Positions 24,319-41,751 of a stretch of DNA of 64,000 nucleotides are shown piece after piece. Every line of letters begins with the position of its first letter. The first letter of the stretch is position 1. The stretch is from the NCBI RefSeq assembly GCF_009914755.1, contig NC_060928.1. One strand, 5' to 3'. Source of the DNA: the human T2T-CHM13v2.0 reference genome, Homo sapiens. The notes below the pieces were generated by a model. It was given only the letters and a program-made list of their open reading frames with translations, had not been told where the DNA came from and searched no databases. Both the position numbers and the translations under genes were made by a program.

Positions 24319-26355
24319 TACACCACATTTTCTTTATCCATTCATCCACTGATGGACACTTAGGTTGATTCCATCTTTTGGCTATTGTGAATAGTGCTTC
24401 AATGAGCATGGGAATGCAGGCATTTCTTCGATACATCGATTTCCTTTCCTTTGGATACATACATGTAGTGAAATTTCTGGATCATATGATATTTCTATTT
24501 TTAGTTTTTTGAGGAAGCACTATACTATTTTCCACAGTGGCTGTATTAACTTACATTTCCACCAACAATATACAAGTCTTCCCCTTCCTCTACATCCTCA
24601 CTAGCATCCATTGTTCCTTGTCTTTTTGGAAAAAAAAAAAATTAACTGGGGTAAGAATGTTGACCTCATGCGAGAACAAATGGCCCTGTTGGTCATTTGT
24701 AAGTCTTCTTTTGAAAAATGTTTATTCAGACATTTTGCCCATTTTTAAATTGGATTTTTTTATCTTTATTGAGTTATTTCAGCTGATTATTTATTGTAGT
24801 TATTGAAAATAGCTTGTCAGATTGGTAGTTTGAAAATATTTTCTCTCATTCTGTGGGTTATCTCTTCATTTTGTTGATTGTTTTCTTTGCTGTTCAGAAG
24901 CTTTTTAGCTTGATGTAATCCCATTTGTCCATTTTAGCTTTTGTTGCCTGTGCTTCTGAGGTTTTACACATAAAATATTTAGCCAGACCAATGTCTTGGA
25001 GTTTTTCTCCAATTTTTTTTTTTTCTAGTAATGTCATAGTATTGGGTTGTAGAGTTAGACTTTAATCCATTTGGATTTTATTTTTTATATGGTGAGAGAT
25101 ATTCATCTAGTTTTATTTTTCTGCATATGGTTTACCCAGTTTTTCCAGCATCATTTACTGAAGAGCCTTTCCTTTCCCCATTGTACATTCTTGGTAACTT
25201 TGTTGAAAAAGAGTTGGCTATAAATGTGCAAATTTAGATCTGGGTTATCTGTTCTGTTCCAATGGCCTATGTGCCAGTTTTTATGACAGTACCATGCTAA
25301 TTTGGTTACTATAGCTTTGTGGTATATTTTGAAGTCAGGTGCTGTGATGCCTCTAGCTTTGTTCTTTTTGCTAAGAATTGCTTTGGCTATTTGGGGTCTT
25401 TTGTGGTTCCATATAAATTTTAGTATTTTTTTTCTATTTTAGTGAAGAATGTTTTAGATATTTTTAAAGAAATTGCACTGAATCTTCAAATTACTTTGAG
25501 TAGTATCAACACTTTACCAATATTAATTCTTTCAATTCACAAACATGGAATATTTTTCCACTTATTTGTGTGTCTTCTTCAAATTCTTTCATCAGTGTTG
25601 TATAGTTTTCTGTGTAGATCTTTCACCTATTTCGCTTAGTTAATTATCAAGTATTTTATATTCTTTGTAGCTATTATAAATGGAACTGCTTTCTTGAAAT
25701 TTTTTTCAGATTGTTCGCTGTTGGCGTATATAAATGCTACTAATTTTTGTATATTGATTTTTTATCCTGCAAAATTGCTAAATTCACTTATCAGTCCTAA
25801 GAATATTTTAGTGGCATCTTTAAGTTTTTATAAATTCAAGATCATGTTGTCTGTGAATGTAGATAATTTGACTGCTTCCCTTTTGACTGGAATGCCTTTT
25901 ATTTCTTTCTCTCACCTAATTAATCTGGCCAGGACTTCCAGATTATGTTGCATAAAAATGGTGAAAGTGAGCATTCTTGGTTTTTTCCAGATTTTAGGGG
26001 AAAGGCTTTCAATTTTTCTCCATTCAGTATGAAGTTTGCTGTAAATTTATGGCCTTTATTATTATTATACTCCATGTATACTGAGTTTTTGAGGGTTTTT
26101 AAAATAAAGGAATATTGAATTTTATCAAACACTTTTTCAATGTCTATTGAAAAGATCATATGGTCTTTGTTCTTGGTTCTGCTAATGTGATCTATAATGC
26201 TTATTAATTTGCATATGTGGAACCAGTCTTACATTCCTAGGATGAATCCCACTTGATCATAGTGAATTTTTTTTTTAATGTATTGTTGAATTTGGTTTGC
26301 CAGTATTTTGTTGAGAATTTTAGCATCTATGTTCTTCAGGGATATTTGCCTGTAG

Positions 26356-26737
<382 letters not shown>

Positions 26738-29700
26738 TATTATTTTTTATTTAAATATTTGGTAGAATTCAGTAGTGACATCATCAGGTCCTGGGCTTTT
26801 CTTCAGTGGAAAACTTTTTATTACAGCTTTGGTTTTGTTACTCATTATTGGTTATTTCATATTTTCCATTTCTTTATGGTTTACTCTTGGTAGGTTATAT
26901 GTGTTCAGGAAGTTATCCATTCTTCCAGGTCTTCCAGTTTGTTGTCACATAATAGTCTCTAGTGATTCTTTGTATTCCTGTGGTCTCTGTTGTTATGTTG
27001 TCTTTTCAATTTTTATTTTATTTATTTGGATCTTCTGTCTTCTTCTTAGTGAAGCTAAAGGTTTGTCAATTTTATTTATCTTTTCAAAAAAATCAACTTT
27101 TTATCTGTTGATCTTTGGTATTGATTTCTTTAGTCTCAACTTCATTTACTTCTGTTCTGATCTTCATTATTCCTTTTACTGCTTTTGTGTTTGGTTTCTT
27201 CTTGTTTTTCTTGTTCCTTGAGGTGAATTGTTAGGTTGTTTATTTGATGTCTTTCTACATTTTTGATGGAGGCATTTATTGCTATAAGCTTCCCTGTTAG
27301 TCTTGACTTTGTTATATCCCATAGATTTTGCTATGTTTTATTTCCATTTTATTTGTTTCAAGAAATATGTAGATTTCCTTCTTAATTTCTTCATTGATCC
27401 ATTGGTTGCTCAGAAGCATGTTTTTTAAATTCCATGTGTTTGTGTAGTTTTCAAGATTCCTCTTGTTGATTTGTTGATTCCATTGTAGCCAGTAAGGACA
27501 CTTGATATAACTTTTACTTTTTTGAAATTGTTGAGACAACTTAACATAGATAACAAAGAAAATAATACAAGCAAAGAAAGAAAAAAAATCCACTACACTT
27601 TAACTCTAGCCCTTCCAAATTTTTACTTTTCATTGTCTCAATTTACATATTTTTGCATTGCCTTTCTCTTAACAGGTTGCTGTAGCTATTATAGTTTTTG
27701 ATAGATTTTTTAGTCTTCATAATAGAGTTATGAATAAATGCCCAACACAATTACAGTAATAAGAGTATGCTGGGTTTGTTCTGTGTCCTTACTTTTACCA
27801 GTGGGTTTTATACCTTCTGGGTATTCTTTTTGCATAACAGTGTTTTTTTGTTTTGTTTTGTTTTTGTTTTTTCTTTCAGGTTGAAGAACTCCCATTAACA
27901 TTTCTCGTAAGATGTGTCTGGTGGTGGTGGATTTGCTCAGCTTGTGTTTGTTTGTTAAAGACTTCATCTTGCCTTCATATTTAAAGGATATCTTTGCTGG
28001 ATACAGTATTCTTAGATGACATTTTTATTTCTTTCAGCACTTTGAAAATGTCATCCCATTCCCTCCTGCCCTGTATGGTTTCTGTTGACAAGTCTGTTGT
28101 CAGATAAATTGAAGCTCTTTTATATGTTATTATATTGGCTTATTTTCTCTTGCTGTTTTTATGACCCTATCTTTGTCCTTGACCTTTAAGGGTTTGATTG
28201 TGACATACCTTGGGGTAGTGCAATTTGAGTCAAATCTGGTTGTTGTTTTCTAGCCTTTCTGTATTTGGATATTTATATCTTTCTCAAGTTTTGGAAAGTT
28301 TTCTATTGTTATTTATTTGAATAAATTTTCTACCTTTTCTCTTTCTCAGTTCCTTCTTGAGTACCAATAATTGTTAGATTTGGTCTTTTGAAGTGATTTT
28401 CTGTATCTTGTGTTGATCTTCACTTCTTTTCATAATTTTTTTCCTTTTTCCCTTCTTTCCTCTGCTTGATTCATTCTGCTGTTGAGAGCCTCTAATGAAT
28501 TTTTTATTTCAGCAAATGTATTTTTCAGTTCTAAGATGTGTTTGATTTTTTTTAATTATTTCAATCTCTTTGTTAAATTTCCCTGATAAATTTTTGAATT
28601 GCTTTTCTGTGTTATCTGGAGATCACTGAGTTTCCTTAAAACCACTATTTTGAAATTTTTGTCAGACAGCTTATATGTCACTGTCTTGTTAGGGTCAGTT
28701 ATTCATTGCTTTCTTTGTCTGTTTGGAAAGGTCATCATTCCCTGTTTGCTTTTGTTTGTTGTAGATGTTCTTTATGTCTTTGCATTGAAGGGTTTGTTAT
28801 TTATTTTAGTCTTTTATGTCTGGCTTGTTTAGGTTTTTATTGCATATGTTGCTTATCCTTGTAAGTTGAAATTCCTTGTAGTTTACCTATTGAATGTTTT
28901 TTCCTACTACGTTGCTGCCTCCTTTAGGGTACTACATGATGCTTTAAGTCCAGGTTTACAGTGGCTCTAGTAAATGATTGGAGCTCTGCCTGTCCTGAAT
29001 AGAGGAGGTCCCAAAAGGTATATGAACAGTTTGGGAAGGATTGCTAGCAGTTTGTGCCCAAGGAACTTTGTGAAAGGTACCGCCTACAGCATACTGCTGC
29101 TGAACAGCTACTCTGACATTGCATCTCCTTTTGCCAAGTTATAGAGCAGAATTTTCAGGGCAGCAAATGATAGATAGTCCCTTCTCCCCACTTTGTCTCT
29201 GGCTGTCCTCAGGGATATTTCTCCCTTTAGACACTCAGATGCTTCCCGTGCATAGAGATAGGAACACATCTCCTGCTAGGGAATGTAAGATGGAGGGAAA
29301 CCTGGTTGTCTACCTCCATCTCACCTTTTCCAGTGTAGAAACAGTGATTCAGGGGGACATTTTCTACTTGTTTGTTGCTGGGAAGATTTGAGGGAGGGGC
29401 ATGATGGATATGGATGTCTGATTCTCTCACTGTCTGCTTGGCATCTTTTTTTTTCGCTTCTCTGTGGCCCCAGGAGCTATCTCATCCTCATATTTGGGTT
29501 CAGAGATATTGTTGGTGATAACCTTGATGCCATATATTTGGATTTGTTTTATTTTTGGGGGGGTTGGAGAGAAGGGGCAAGTGAAGCCAGCTTGCTTCTA
29601 TGCCACTATTTTGGAACTGAAATCATTTCTTATTTCTGTTGAAAGCCACATCCTTGGTTGATTAATCAAGTAAAATTTGCATTCGGCTTTAGGGATGTAC

Positions 29701-31094
29701 AGTCTATGGTATCATCAGATAATTTTCATAGATTACAAAATTTCCTGAATTATCGTCCTAACGCTATCCCCTAGGGTAGGGAGTGAAGATGATAGAGGAA
29801 GCATCCCTATTCACTGGCAGATGGTAGGGGAAGGGGAGATAGTTCTAATTCCATGCTCTTAATTTAATTTGAAATGTCTATACAATGTATACAGATTATC
29901 CCTTTTTAAATATATGTAAAATACACAGCAATATTTTTAGAGCGTAGTCCTTTTTATGTGGGTGACTTCATATTGTCTTCATTTCTGACTTCCCCTCTCT
30001 TCAAGGCTCTTTGCAGGATGCCACTGAAAAGCTCTGAAGACATGACATGTTTTAGAAATTATCATGATAATTATTAAGGTAATTAAACTGAGTTATTTCC
30101 ATTATTCAGTTGTATGTACCATACCCTTCTAAGACTAATTTATCATTATTTGGCATCCAATTACACAATATAAAAGGAAGAGAAGCTTCCAGTCAATTAA
30201 GCAAACAAGTTCTATGTGTAATTTTTTATGACACCTTTTTCTGACTGTGATTACAAAATTACGGTGCAAGGAAGCTCAAATTTAATCAGCATAAATCAAA
30301 AACTTTCTTAGAAGCGTGAGAGAAGAATGATCATATCTAGTTATGTTATTTTTTAAAAGGGATTTGTTCAATTTAACATATTGATTGTATATGTGTTTTT
30401 AATAATCATCACCATTATTTTCATTATTGATGGTCTATAAATGAGAGATTGAAACAGGATTAGAATGACTGGGCCAGTGGCCAGTTTAAAACTCAGACAA
30501 CTAAATTTTGGAAGAACTTTACCAAATGCAGAACACAAATATTGTGTGCCTAACATGAAATGTTTTGTTAGGTGCTTCTTCTCATCTAAACTGAAGTGCC
30601 TTAGTGATTACACATAGGAGTTAAATGACATAGTAAGAACACAGGTTAAGGGACAGATCAGTTATAAATTTATACAAATGAACTTTCTTACTACCTTGTA
30701 TGTTTTGTATATTTATTGTCAAAGCCTGGTAAATATCCTGTTCCATATTATGTCCAATCAGTTCATCTGAAACCCATCCAGTTTCTGTGACGGTTGGCTC
30801 TCCTTGATGACTCTCAATTCCCACATTTGCTTTGGATCCACTGCAAGGGCCACATACATGTTTGTTTGTCTCGGTCAGTTTTTTGCAACATTTTTACTGA
30901 GTGTGATGGCACGATCAGCAGAGTGTTTAGATACTGGCCGAGATTTCTTGGCCTGTGATTATGGCATTATTTCAGTATATCTTGGTAGGGCCTATTTTCA
31001 TCAAGATTTACCCTCATGGTGAGAAGTGAAGCCAGCTGGACTTCTTGGGTTGAGTGGGGACTTGGAGAACTTTTCTGTCTAGCTAGAGGATTGT

Positions 31095-31676
<582 letters not shown>

Positions 31677-32634
31677 GGGTCCGCACTACCTTTATGAGCT
31701 GTAACACTCACCACGAGGGTCTGTGGCTTCATTCCTGAAGTCAGCAAGACCACAAACCCACTGGGAGGAACAAACAACTCCAGACACGCCACTTTAAGAG
31801 CTGTAACACTCACTGCGAAGTTCTGTGGCTTCACTCCTGAAGTCAGCGAGACTACAAACCCACCGGAAGGAACAACCAGCTCCGGATGCGCGCCACCTTT
31901 AAGAGCTATAACACTCAACTGTGAAGGTCTGTGGCTTCACTGTTGAAGTCAGCAAGACCACGAACCCACCGGAAGGAAGAAACTCTGGACACATCTGAAC
32001 ATCTGAAGGAACAAACTCTGGACACACCATGTTTAGGAACTGTAACACTCACTGCGAGGGTCCATAGCTTCATTCTTAAAGTCACCGAGACCAAGAACCC
32101 ACCGAAAGGAACCAAATTCGGACCCAATGGTACTATGTTAATTCTTCTACCAGTCAACAATTAAGAGCAACTGTCTTGCTTGTAGCCTCAGCAACATATT
32201 TTTGTCCCTCGGTTAAATGAAGAACAGCCAAAAAGATAAACACTATAATTAACTGCAAAAAGGGTTCTCTATATGTTCAAATTGTTTTCTAGGTATATTA
32301 TATTAATTAAATGTGTTACGAAGCAAGTTTTCCTTCAACAGACATATAAAATAAGGACTGTGGCAATAGCTTGCTTTGCTGTATCCAAAGTTACATGTGG
32401 TTTTATCTACATTGTTTTAGAGTAATATTTTATGCAGTTTGTAGAGACTTTTTAGCCTGATTACTCCCATACCTTATGTCTCTTTCAGATATTTCTTGAA
32501 GTAACTACAGTAAAACCATATATATTTTTAAGGACTAGGTCATATAGGTTGCTTCTAGATTTGCTGAAGATATAATATTTAAAATTTATTATAAAACAAA
32601 AATAGGTGCTCTTTATTATTGCATTTCCACCTTC

Positions 32635-32906
32635 TTTTTTTTTTTTTAGACGGGTTTTGCTCTGTCACCTAGGCTGGAGTGCAGTGGCATGATCTCGGCT
32701 CACTGCAACCTCCACCTTTGGGCTCAAACAATCCTCCCACTTTAGCCTCTCGAGTAGCTGAAACTACAGATGTACCACCATCTCCAACTAATTTTTTGCA
32801 ATTTTTTTTTTTTATAGAGACAAGGTTTCTTCATGCTGCCCAGGGCCTGGTCTTGCCTTGGTCTATCAACATGCTAGGATTATAGGCATGAGCCGCTCTG
32901 CCTGGC
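32635..32906 (-). mobile_element. AluJb-like with internal deletion
   Basis: ggctcaaacaatcctccc. Target-site duplication atttccaccttctt. Confidence 0.9.
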
Positions 32907-33189
32907 ATTTCCACCTTCTTTATGCAGTACTATAGTCTTTTCATGTATAAGTTTTAAGAGCTAACTTAAGGTAATACATATAATATTTTGAAATATGTAG
33001 CTAAAACTAGTGTTTAAACACATAACAGTATTACAAGTTCTATTGAAGAGTTAAACAAACTTAAATGATCATGATGAAATCATAATGGGATATCATAGCA
33101 GAGTTAGTAATTACCTTATTTGGCCCTTAATATTCTGGCTTGCACTGAATTTTTTTCCAAGTAGAAATTCTCCAGCTAAAAAGAACCTG

Positions 33190-33480
33190 CGATATCACTT
33201 ATTCTAAAACTCCAGTTTTACACAGGATGATACTGAGATCCAGATGGATTCATCAAGTTATTCAAGATCACCTTGCTGGTCAGGAGTAGACTTAGAAACA
33301 AAACTGGCTCTGGTTAATAGAGCCCATGGACTGCGGGGTCAGCCAATCTCGATTTGATTTCTGATTTGTGACAAATGACCTAGAATTACTTCATTTCTTC
33401 ATCCATAAAATGGGGATAAATGACCTACCATATAGGGCATTGTGCAGACTGATTTAATGAGGTGTATCAGTAAGTGACCA
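33190..33480. mobile_element. Two adjacent MIR fragments (about 33190-33310 minus, 33320-33480 plus)
   Basis: ttttacacaggatgatactgagatccaga and catttcttcatccataaaatggggataaatgacctaccatataggg. Confidence 0.6.
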
Positions 33481-34345
33481 GTAGATTGCCCGGACGTCCA
33501 GCAAGCCTGACTTCCCTTCCAAGGCTCTTTGCAGGATGCAACTGAGAAACAAATATTTCTCTGTTTTTTTTTTCCCACTTCCCGTGGTTGTTAATCCTTT
33601 GTAAGATGTGATTTTAAGCTATTACAGGTTTCTGTAAGCAACAGGACTTTAAGAATTTGATCTTTAGGAAGCAATTGTAAATCATACTTTTACCATCTGT
33701 GTTAACTTGGATTTATCATTTCCAAGCTCTGAAATATAACCTTGTACTGATTATCAAGAGCTAGCTTGTGAAGCTTAATTTTAGATTTGGCATTCAAGTT
33801 TGAGTTATCTGAGGTAATAATATATTCCTCACAGCATAGCTTAAAAGTCCTGACCACTGTTTTTCATTCTTCGGCTGTGAATTATGCTAAGGTCCAGGAG
33901 TCACCAAGATGAAGCAAACAGAAGATTTTCTAAGTGCCATGGTTGCAGTTTTTAAGTCAATTGAGATTTTTCAGATGAGTGGAAAGTGAAAATTATTTCT
34001 TTCAAAACAGCTGGTAAGATGGGCATGGGATTTAGCAAGGCTCTGCTAGATTTAAGAGCCTTAGTATCCAGGAAAAGGAACGTTTTATTAAATAACAGAC
34101 AAACTTTAAGGAGCATTGGCTGTGTGCCAGGCACTCTGCTAGAGAAAACCAACTTCTCAGCGGATTAAGCTATATGACTAAAGTCCTACACCAAGTATGA
34201 GTACTAAGGTAAGATTTTAAAAAATGAACATGTGACTCATAAGCCAATGCTCGTTTCTCTTTACAAGTCAAATTTCTGAATCAAACCTTGTTGTGGATCC
34301 TTTTACTAATACAAGCTCTACACTCAATCCAAAATTTCTAGGCTC

Positions 34346-34665
<320 letters not shown>

Positions 34666-34727
34666 AAAAGTTCTAGGCTCAGAACTGAGAAGTCATTGTG
34701 TAGTTTGCACTAAAATGATAATATGTG

Positions 34728-35044
34728 TTTTGGCGGTTTGCTTGCAATCTTTGGCATTGCTTGGTGTGTGGCTGCCTCACTTCGGTCTCTGCCTTCATAT
34801 TTCCATGTGTTCTCCCTATGTCTCTTCACATTGTCTTCCCTCTGTGCATGTCTGTGTCTATTCCCATAACATTCTTTTTCATAAGGATACCATTTAGGTT
34901 AGATTAGGGGCCCACCTTATTCCAGCGTGATTCATCTTAATTACATTTACAATGACTGTACCCCAAATAAAGTCACATTCTGAGGTACGGGGGATTAGAA
35001 CTTCAACATTTCTCTTTATAGGAGTCACAACTCGACCTGTAACA
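34728..35044 (-). mobile_element. MLT1B/C MaLR LTR, partial
   Basis: gattaggggcccacc...aaataaagtcacattctgaggtacgggggattagaacttcaaca...taaca. Confidence 0.82.
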
Positions 35045-35198
35045 AGGTCTAAAAAGCCAAAGTGAAATTACTTAATGAATTCAGGTCAGGATAAAAAGAA
35101 AACACTCGATCGTTTAGAACAAAAGAACAGCATGCTTGCCTGGATAACTGGAACGACGTGAGTATGGGTGATCAATTTGGGTGATGCCTGGCAAGTAA

Positions 35199-35619
<421 letters not shown>

Positions 35620-36289
35620 TCCTTGTTCTAATTGTGGATCTGCACTGAGCTTGACTACACAGCTCTAATCTATTGCACTGTCTTTCCAATTATAGCTAGT
35701 TTATGAGTTTAATAATTACTCACATCTTATGTCCACCCACTGAAGAGAAATGTGTCTTTAGAGTCCTTTTAAAATTGGATGCTTCTGCTGCTTTAAACCT
35801 ACAGGAGCTTTTAATTTGGACCATTTGTTTCCTAGTAACGAGAATCGGTTTTGTGTTCTTACGTAAAACCCGTAGCCAAAAGTAACAATGTGCACACCCC
35901 TGATGTGAATTAGCTCAGTAGGACATTATAGGGCACAGGATAGCTGGGTGCTGGGATGTTATTGTTTCTACAACCTTGGAAATTAGAGATGAAACATCCC
36001 TATTCAGTCATCCAATACATCTTTCTGCCAAAACCAAATTAACTTTAGTACTTTTCTTTCCAGGACTTTGTATAGTTCATGTTTTAAAGCATCAAGGTCA
36101 TACAATCTCTGGGAAATCTGGTCTATCAATGTACTTTATGGTGATGCAGTTAAAGAACAGGTTCATTATGGCTCATCAAGGACCAGTGTACCAATGTATG
36201 AGAATGAGAACAATATAAATTAATCACTTTTTTACTGTATTTTGTGTTGAATTTTGTTTACCGTTTTTAAAAAATATATATTACCTCAG

Positions 36290-36445
36290 TTCTTGCTACA
36301 TCCTGTGAGATAGGCAAAGCTGTTGTTTTTATGTCTCCTTAACAAAAAAATAAATTGAGGATCATATGTGGTGAGGATAAGACTAAAACTCATGTCATCT
36401 GTTCATTTTTTCATCTGTTGCTTTTACCATTTACCTCATTGCCTC
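36290..36445 (-). mobile_element. MIR fragment
   Basis: catcctgtgagataggcaaa...taaattgagg...gactaaaactcatgtcatctg. Confidence 0.55.
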
Positions 36446-36540
36446 GGCACAGTATGAAGTATTCCCAGTTTCCCATTTTCATTCTTGAATGCTAAATAGT
36501 TGCTTTGAATAAAAATTACATAAAATTATATTAAAGAAAG

Positions 36541-36908
36541 TAAAATGGTTTGGCTCTGTGTCACCACCCAAATCTCATCTTGAATTATAATCCCCACATG
36601 ACGAAGGAGGGACCTGGTGGGAGGTGATTGAATCGTGGAGGTAGTTTTCCCCATGCTGTTCTCATGATAGTAAGGGAGTTCTCATGAGAGCTGATGGTTT
36701 TAAATGTGGTACTTCCTCGCTTTTGCTCTCCATCTTTCTCCTGCTGCCATGTAAGACGTACCCTGCTTCCCCTTCACTTTCTGCCATGATTGTACCTTTC
36801 CTGAGGCCTCCCAGCCATGGAGAACTGAGTCAATTAAACGTCTTTTGTTTATAAATTACTCAATCTCAGGTGGCATTCTTCATAGCAGTGTAAAAATGGG
36901 ATAATACA
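36541..36908 (+). mobile_element. THE1 (THE1D-like) MaLR solo LTR
   Basis: atggtttggctctgtgtcaccacccaaatctcatcttgaatt...tttcctgaggcctcccagccatg...ataataca. Confidence 0.9.
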
Positions 36909-38030
36909 GAAACTAATTAAACAAAGTCATGAAATGTAAGAAAGACAGATCTAGCTATGATGATGAAGAGAGGAAATCATGAAAGTCATTCTAAAATGAA
37001 AGGATTACTTAACATATTTACAGGGCATACTTAGAAGGATTGCTTAAGCAATTTTATTAGAGCTGAAAGACATATGTTCCAGAGAAAACTATATCGAAGA
37101 TGGAGTGAAAGATTAAAAGCACTGTTGATCACTGAGATTCCAGCCACGAGCCTTCTTTTCTAATCAGGCTCTTTTCCTTTATTCACTCCAGTAGTTATCA
37201 CATTACACTTATTTCCATGGTGAGGAAGAGTAGAGAACAAAGTATTTCCTGTTTACACAAAAATAATTTGTTAATTACTAGTTCTGAGACACTTTAAAGG
37301 AAAATGAAAAAATACTGTAAAAGGCAGTCTAATGACTAAATCTAATTTAAACAAATGAAGATATTGAACATTCAGCTTTTAAAGGGCTTAGATATGGTAA
37401 AGTCAGTTTGAGTTCAGTCAATTCTCAAATTCAGGAAATTTAACAATCAGTTCTCAATACACCAAAATGTCTTATCACTTCATTTCATAATTTGAGAGAT
37501 GGTAAATTCAGTGTTATTGCTAAGTGGCTAAGTAGAAAATATTTTAAAGATGTTAGAAACAACATAAGAAAAAAATCTAAGTCAATCACAACCACAAAAT
37601 GCTCAAAATATCTGCCTTTCTTAGAGGGTAACATACAGCCACTTCTTTCTTTAATGGGGCAAGTGTAATTCAGCCACTATTTTATTCATTTATAATGTAG
37701 ATATCAGTCTTTGTTTGAAAATCTTTCAGAGGATTGCTTTATTTCTTGCTGCCATCAGTAGATTATCATGTGTAAAACAATTAAATGTTTTTAAGCTCCT
37801 TGGTAGGTGATGAATTCCACTTGTCTCTTACTTTCTTTTTGAGGACTGGGATGGTGTTCTGGATCAATTACATCTGTTCCTATAAAGGAGTAGGGCTATT
37901 CAATCATATGTATCATTGATTTTCCAAACAATAAAGAATCTCAAAGCTTATCAATGTATCCATTCATGTATTTATTTACTTGTTTATTTAGATGACCAAT
38001 ATTTATTCAACATCAGATCCTGGGCCGGCT

Positions 38031-38092
38031 GTTTATTTTTTATTTTTTATTTTTTTGGAGACAAGGTCTCACTCTATCACACAGGCTAGGAA
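38031..38092 (-). mobile_element. Alu 3'-end fragment (tail plus about 35 bp)
   Basis: T-rich tail followed by gagacaaggtctcactctatcacacaggct, then an abrupt switch to L1. Confidence 0.75.
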
Positions 38093-39240
<1,148 letters not shown>

Positions 39241-39719
39241 CCTGGCATTTGCTGTGAAGTGAAATATAAATATTTTTGCTGTGAAGTACAGTTTATTAAA
39301 TAGGCAAATAAATAAACTTATCCTTTGCCAAAGAGTGAAGCACCATTGCTACTTTTCAAGGATGTTCTGTATACAAACATCCAGAATGTTAGTCCAGAGC
39401 AAAGGCAATCAATGTATCTGCTCCCAAGATGTGCAGAAACATAAGCAGCCCATGGAGAATGGCTTCCCAACATTTCCTGCTTTTCAGAAAACATACTTAC
39501 TTGACCGTTCCTCTTCTGTATACTTAAATTCTCCTCTGAACCAGATGTTTTCCATAAATATTTATAAATTCTTGAATATCAACCTTCTTGAAAAGAAAAA
39601 AAGCAGAGTCACCATCTCCTCTCGAATTTCCATCTTCCTCTAGCCACGGTCGTACTTTCTTCTTCACAACCCTACTTCTTAAGCAAATTCTATGCTTGGC
39701 TCTCCGATTACAATCTGTT

Positions 39720-41289
39720 TGCTCTTTTGAAATTATAGACTGTAACGAGTACTGAAGAAGTACACAAATTACATATGTACAGTTTAATAAGCACCTGTGA
39801 CCTCTACACAGGTCTAGAGACAGGACAGCACTGATACCTCCATGATCCAGTCATTCCTGTTCCAGATATGTAACTTAGAATACAGAAACTTGGACACATG
39901 TATCAGAATGTTTATAGCATCATTATTTAATCATAAAGAAGTGAAAATACCATCTGCAAAAGAATGGGCATATGCGTTGTACTCTCTTATAATTCTCCCT
40001 GTCGAAACTCATTCTCTCTTTCAATCAGTATCCAGTATCCTTACTTACATGGTAATAATATTGTTACTATTCCCTAAATACTACCAATATATTTTAGCCT
40101 TTCCTGGTTTTTGAATTTTATGAAAATAAAGTCATACTTTATATTTTTTGTGTCTTCTTTTTTCACTGAATATAATGTTTATGGAATTTATCTTAATTCC
40201 TGGGTCTAGCTGAGTTTTACAGCTACAGTTTCTTTTTATTCTGGATAGTGTTTTATTGTATGTGTCTTCTACAATTTATTTATCAATTCTTTTTTAGATG
40301 ATTGCTTACAATTCTGTAATATTAAGCAAGGTTTTTATAAACATTCTTATAAATGTGTCTACAATATATACAGTAGGCATACCTAGAAGTGGAATTGATG
40401 CATTATTGCAGGGTCTGTGTATCTTTAATGATAATAGATCATGGCAACTATTTTCCAAAGTGATTATTTCAATCCTCATACCTACCAGTAGAGTATAAGG
40501 TTTCTGATTTTATCACATTGTATTTTATTGAAATGTAAACATTTATGTAAAACAGATGCTTAATAGTACTTGCCATGGACCAGGCAATATTCTGAGAACA
40601 TTGATTTAAACTTTATAATATAATTAAAGTTAGTTATTACTGCTATCCCCACATTCCAGATAAAGAAATTGAGACACAAAGGTGAAGTGACTTGCTCCAG
40701 GCCGTACTTTGGCAGAGTCCAGCTCACGAGATTAGGTTCCTAACCATTCTGCTATGAATCCCCTCTTCTCTACCTCATGTTTATTATGTTCATACTTTAA
40801 CATTTTTGCCAACTTAGTAAGTATGTAATGATATCTAATGGTGATTTTAATTTGCATTTTCCTCAATATTAATGAGGTTGTGGAGTTGTTTTTCCATATC
40901 TTTACTGGGCATTTGGATATTCTCTTTTGAGAATTTCAGGTTCAAATCTCTGTAGCTCAAGTTTTTATTGGATGCTTTGCTTTTTCTTATCAATTTGCAG
41001 AAGTTTTTTCTGTATTTTGGATACAAACATTTCTCGTGTGTGTGTGTGTGTATATATATATAGGCTTGTATTCCCACTCACTTAATTTGTACCCTTTAAT
41101 AAACAGAAGGCTTTAGTTTTAATGTAGTTAACTGTATCATTCATTTCCTCTGTGGTTAACGCTTTTGTGTCTTAGAAATTGCATCCCGCCAAGGGTGCAT
41201 ATATGTTATCTTATAGTATTGTCCATATTATTATCTAGACATTTGTTGAGATCTCTAATCCATTACGTATCAATATTTGTATAAGGCGT
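39720..41289 (-). mobile_element. L1ME-type 3' region (with a plus-strand L1 piece at about 39840-39975 and a MIR at about 40560-40750)
   Basis: atacctagaagtggaattg, ttttaatttgcattttcc and ggcatttggatattctcttttgag are degraded L1 ORF2 3' sequence. Confidence 0.7.
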
Positions 41290-41751
41290 TTTGAAGGTTA
41301 ACTTTATGCATCAATGTGGCTTGGCTATGGTGCTCAGTTGTTTGTTCAAACAGCAGTCTAGATAGTGCTGTGAAGGTGTTTTTATGGATGTAATTAACAT
41401 TCAGAGTGAGTTTAAGTAGAAAATATTGCCCTCAACAATGTGGGTGAGCCTCATTCAATCAATTAAAGGCCTTAAGAACAAAACAAAAACTGAGGTTTCT
41501 CAGAGAAAAAGAAATCCTATTTCAAGACTGTAATGGAAATCCTGCCTGATTTTCCAGCCTCTAACATGGCCTATAGATTTCAGACTCAACACCACAACAT
41601 GAACTCCTGTCTGAGTTTCCAGCCTGCTGGTCTGCAGTACAGATTCCAGACTTGCCAACCACCACATGAGCCAATTTCTTAAAACAAAAGTCTCTTTATA
41701 CACACATGTATTTTATTGGTTCTATTTCTCTGGAGATCTCTGACTGATAGA
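41290..41751 (+). mobile_element. MLT2 (MLT2D-like) 5' LTR of an ERVL provirus
   Basis: ggttaactttatgcatcaa...ggctatggtgctcagttgtttg...tattggttctatttctctggag...tgactgata, followed by the ERVL primer-site region gattttggtact. Confidence 0.88.

Noticed and set aside
26775-27221. 148-aa hydrophobic membrane-protein-like ORF
   Set aside because: It is the T-rich antisense strand of degraded L1 ORF2.
30696-30840. Possible minus-strand coding exon (GSKANVGIESHQGEPTVTETGW...)
   Set aside because: Weak polypyrimidine tract, weak donor (aag/gtagta), no recognised protein and no partner exons.
31690-32120. Regularly spaced repeats resembling a CRISPR array
   Set aside because: These are the U5 tandem repeats of LTR12. 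The spacers are homologous to each other and the DNA is primate.
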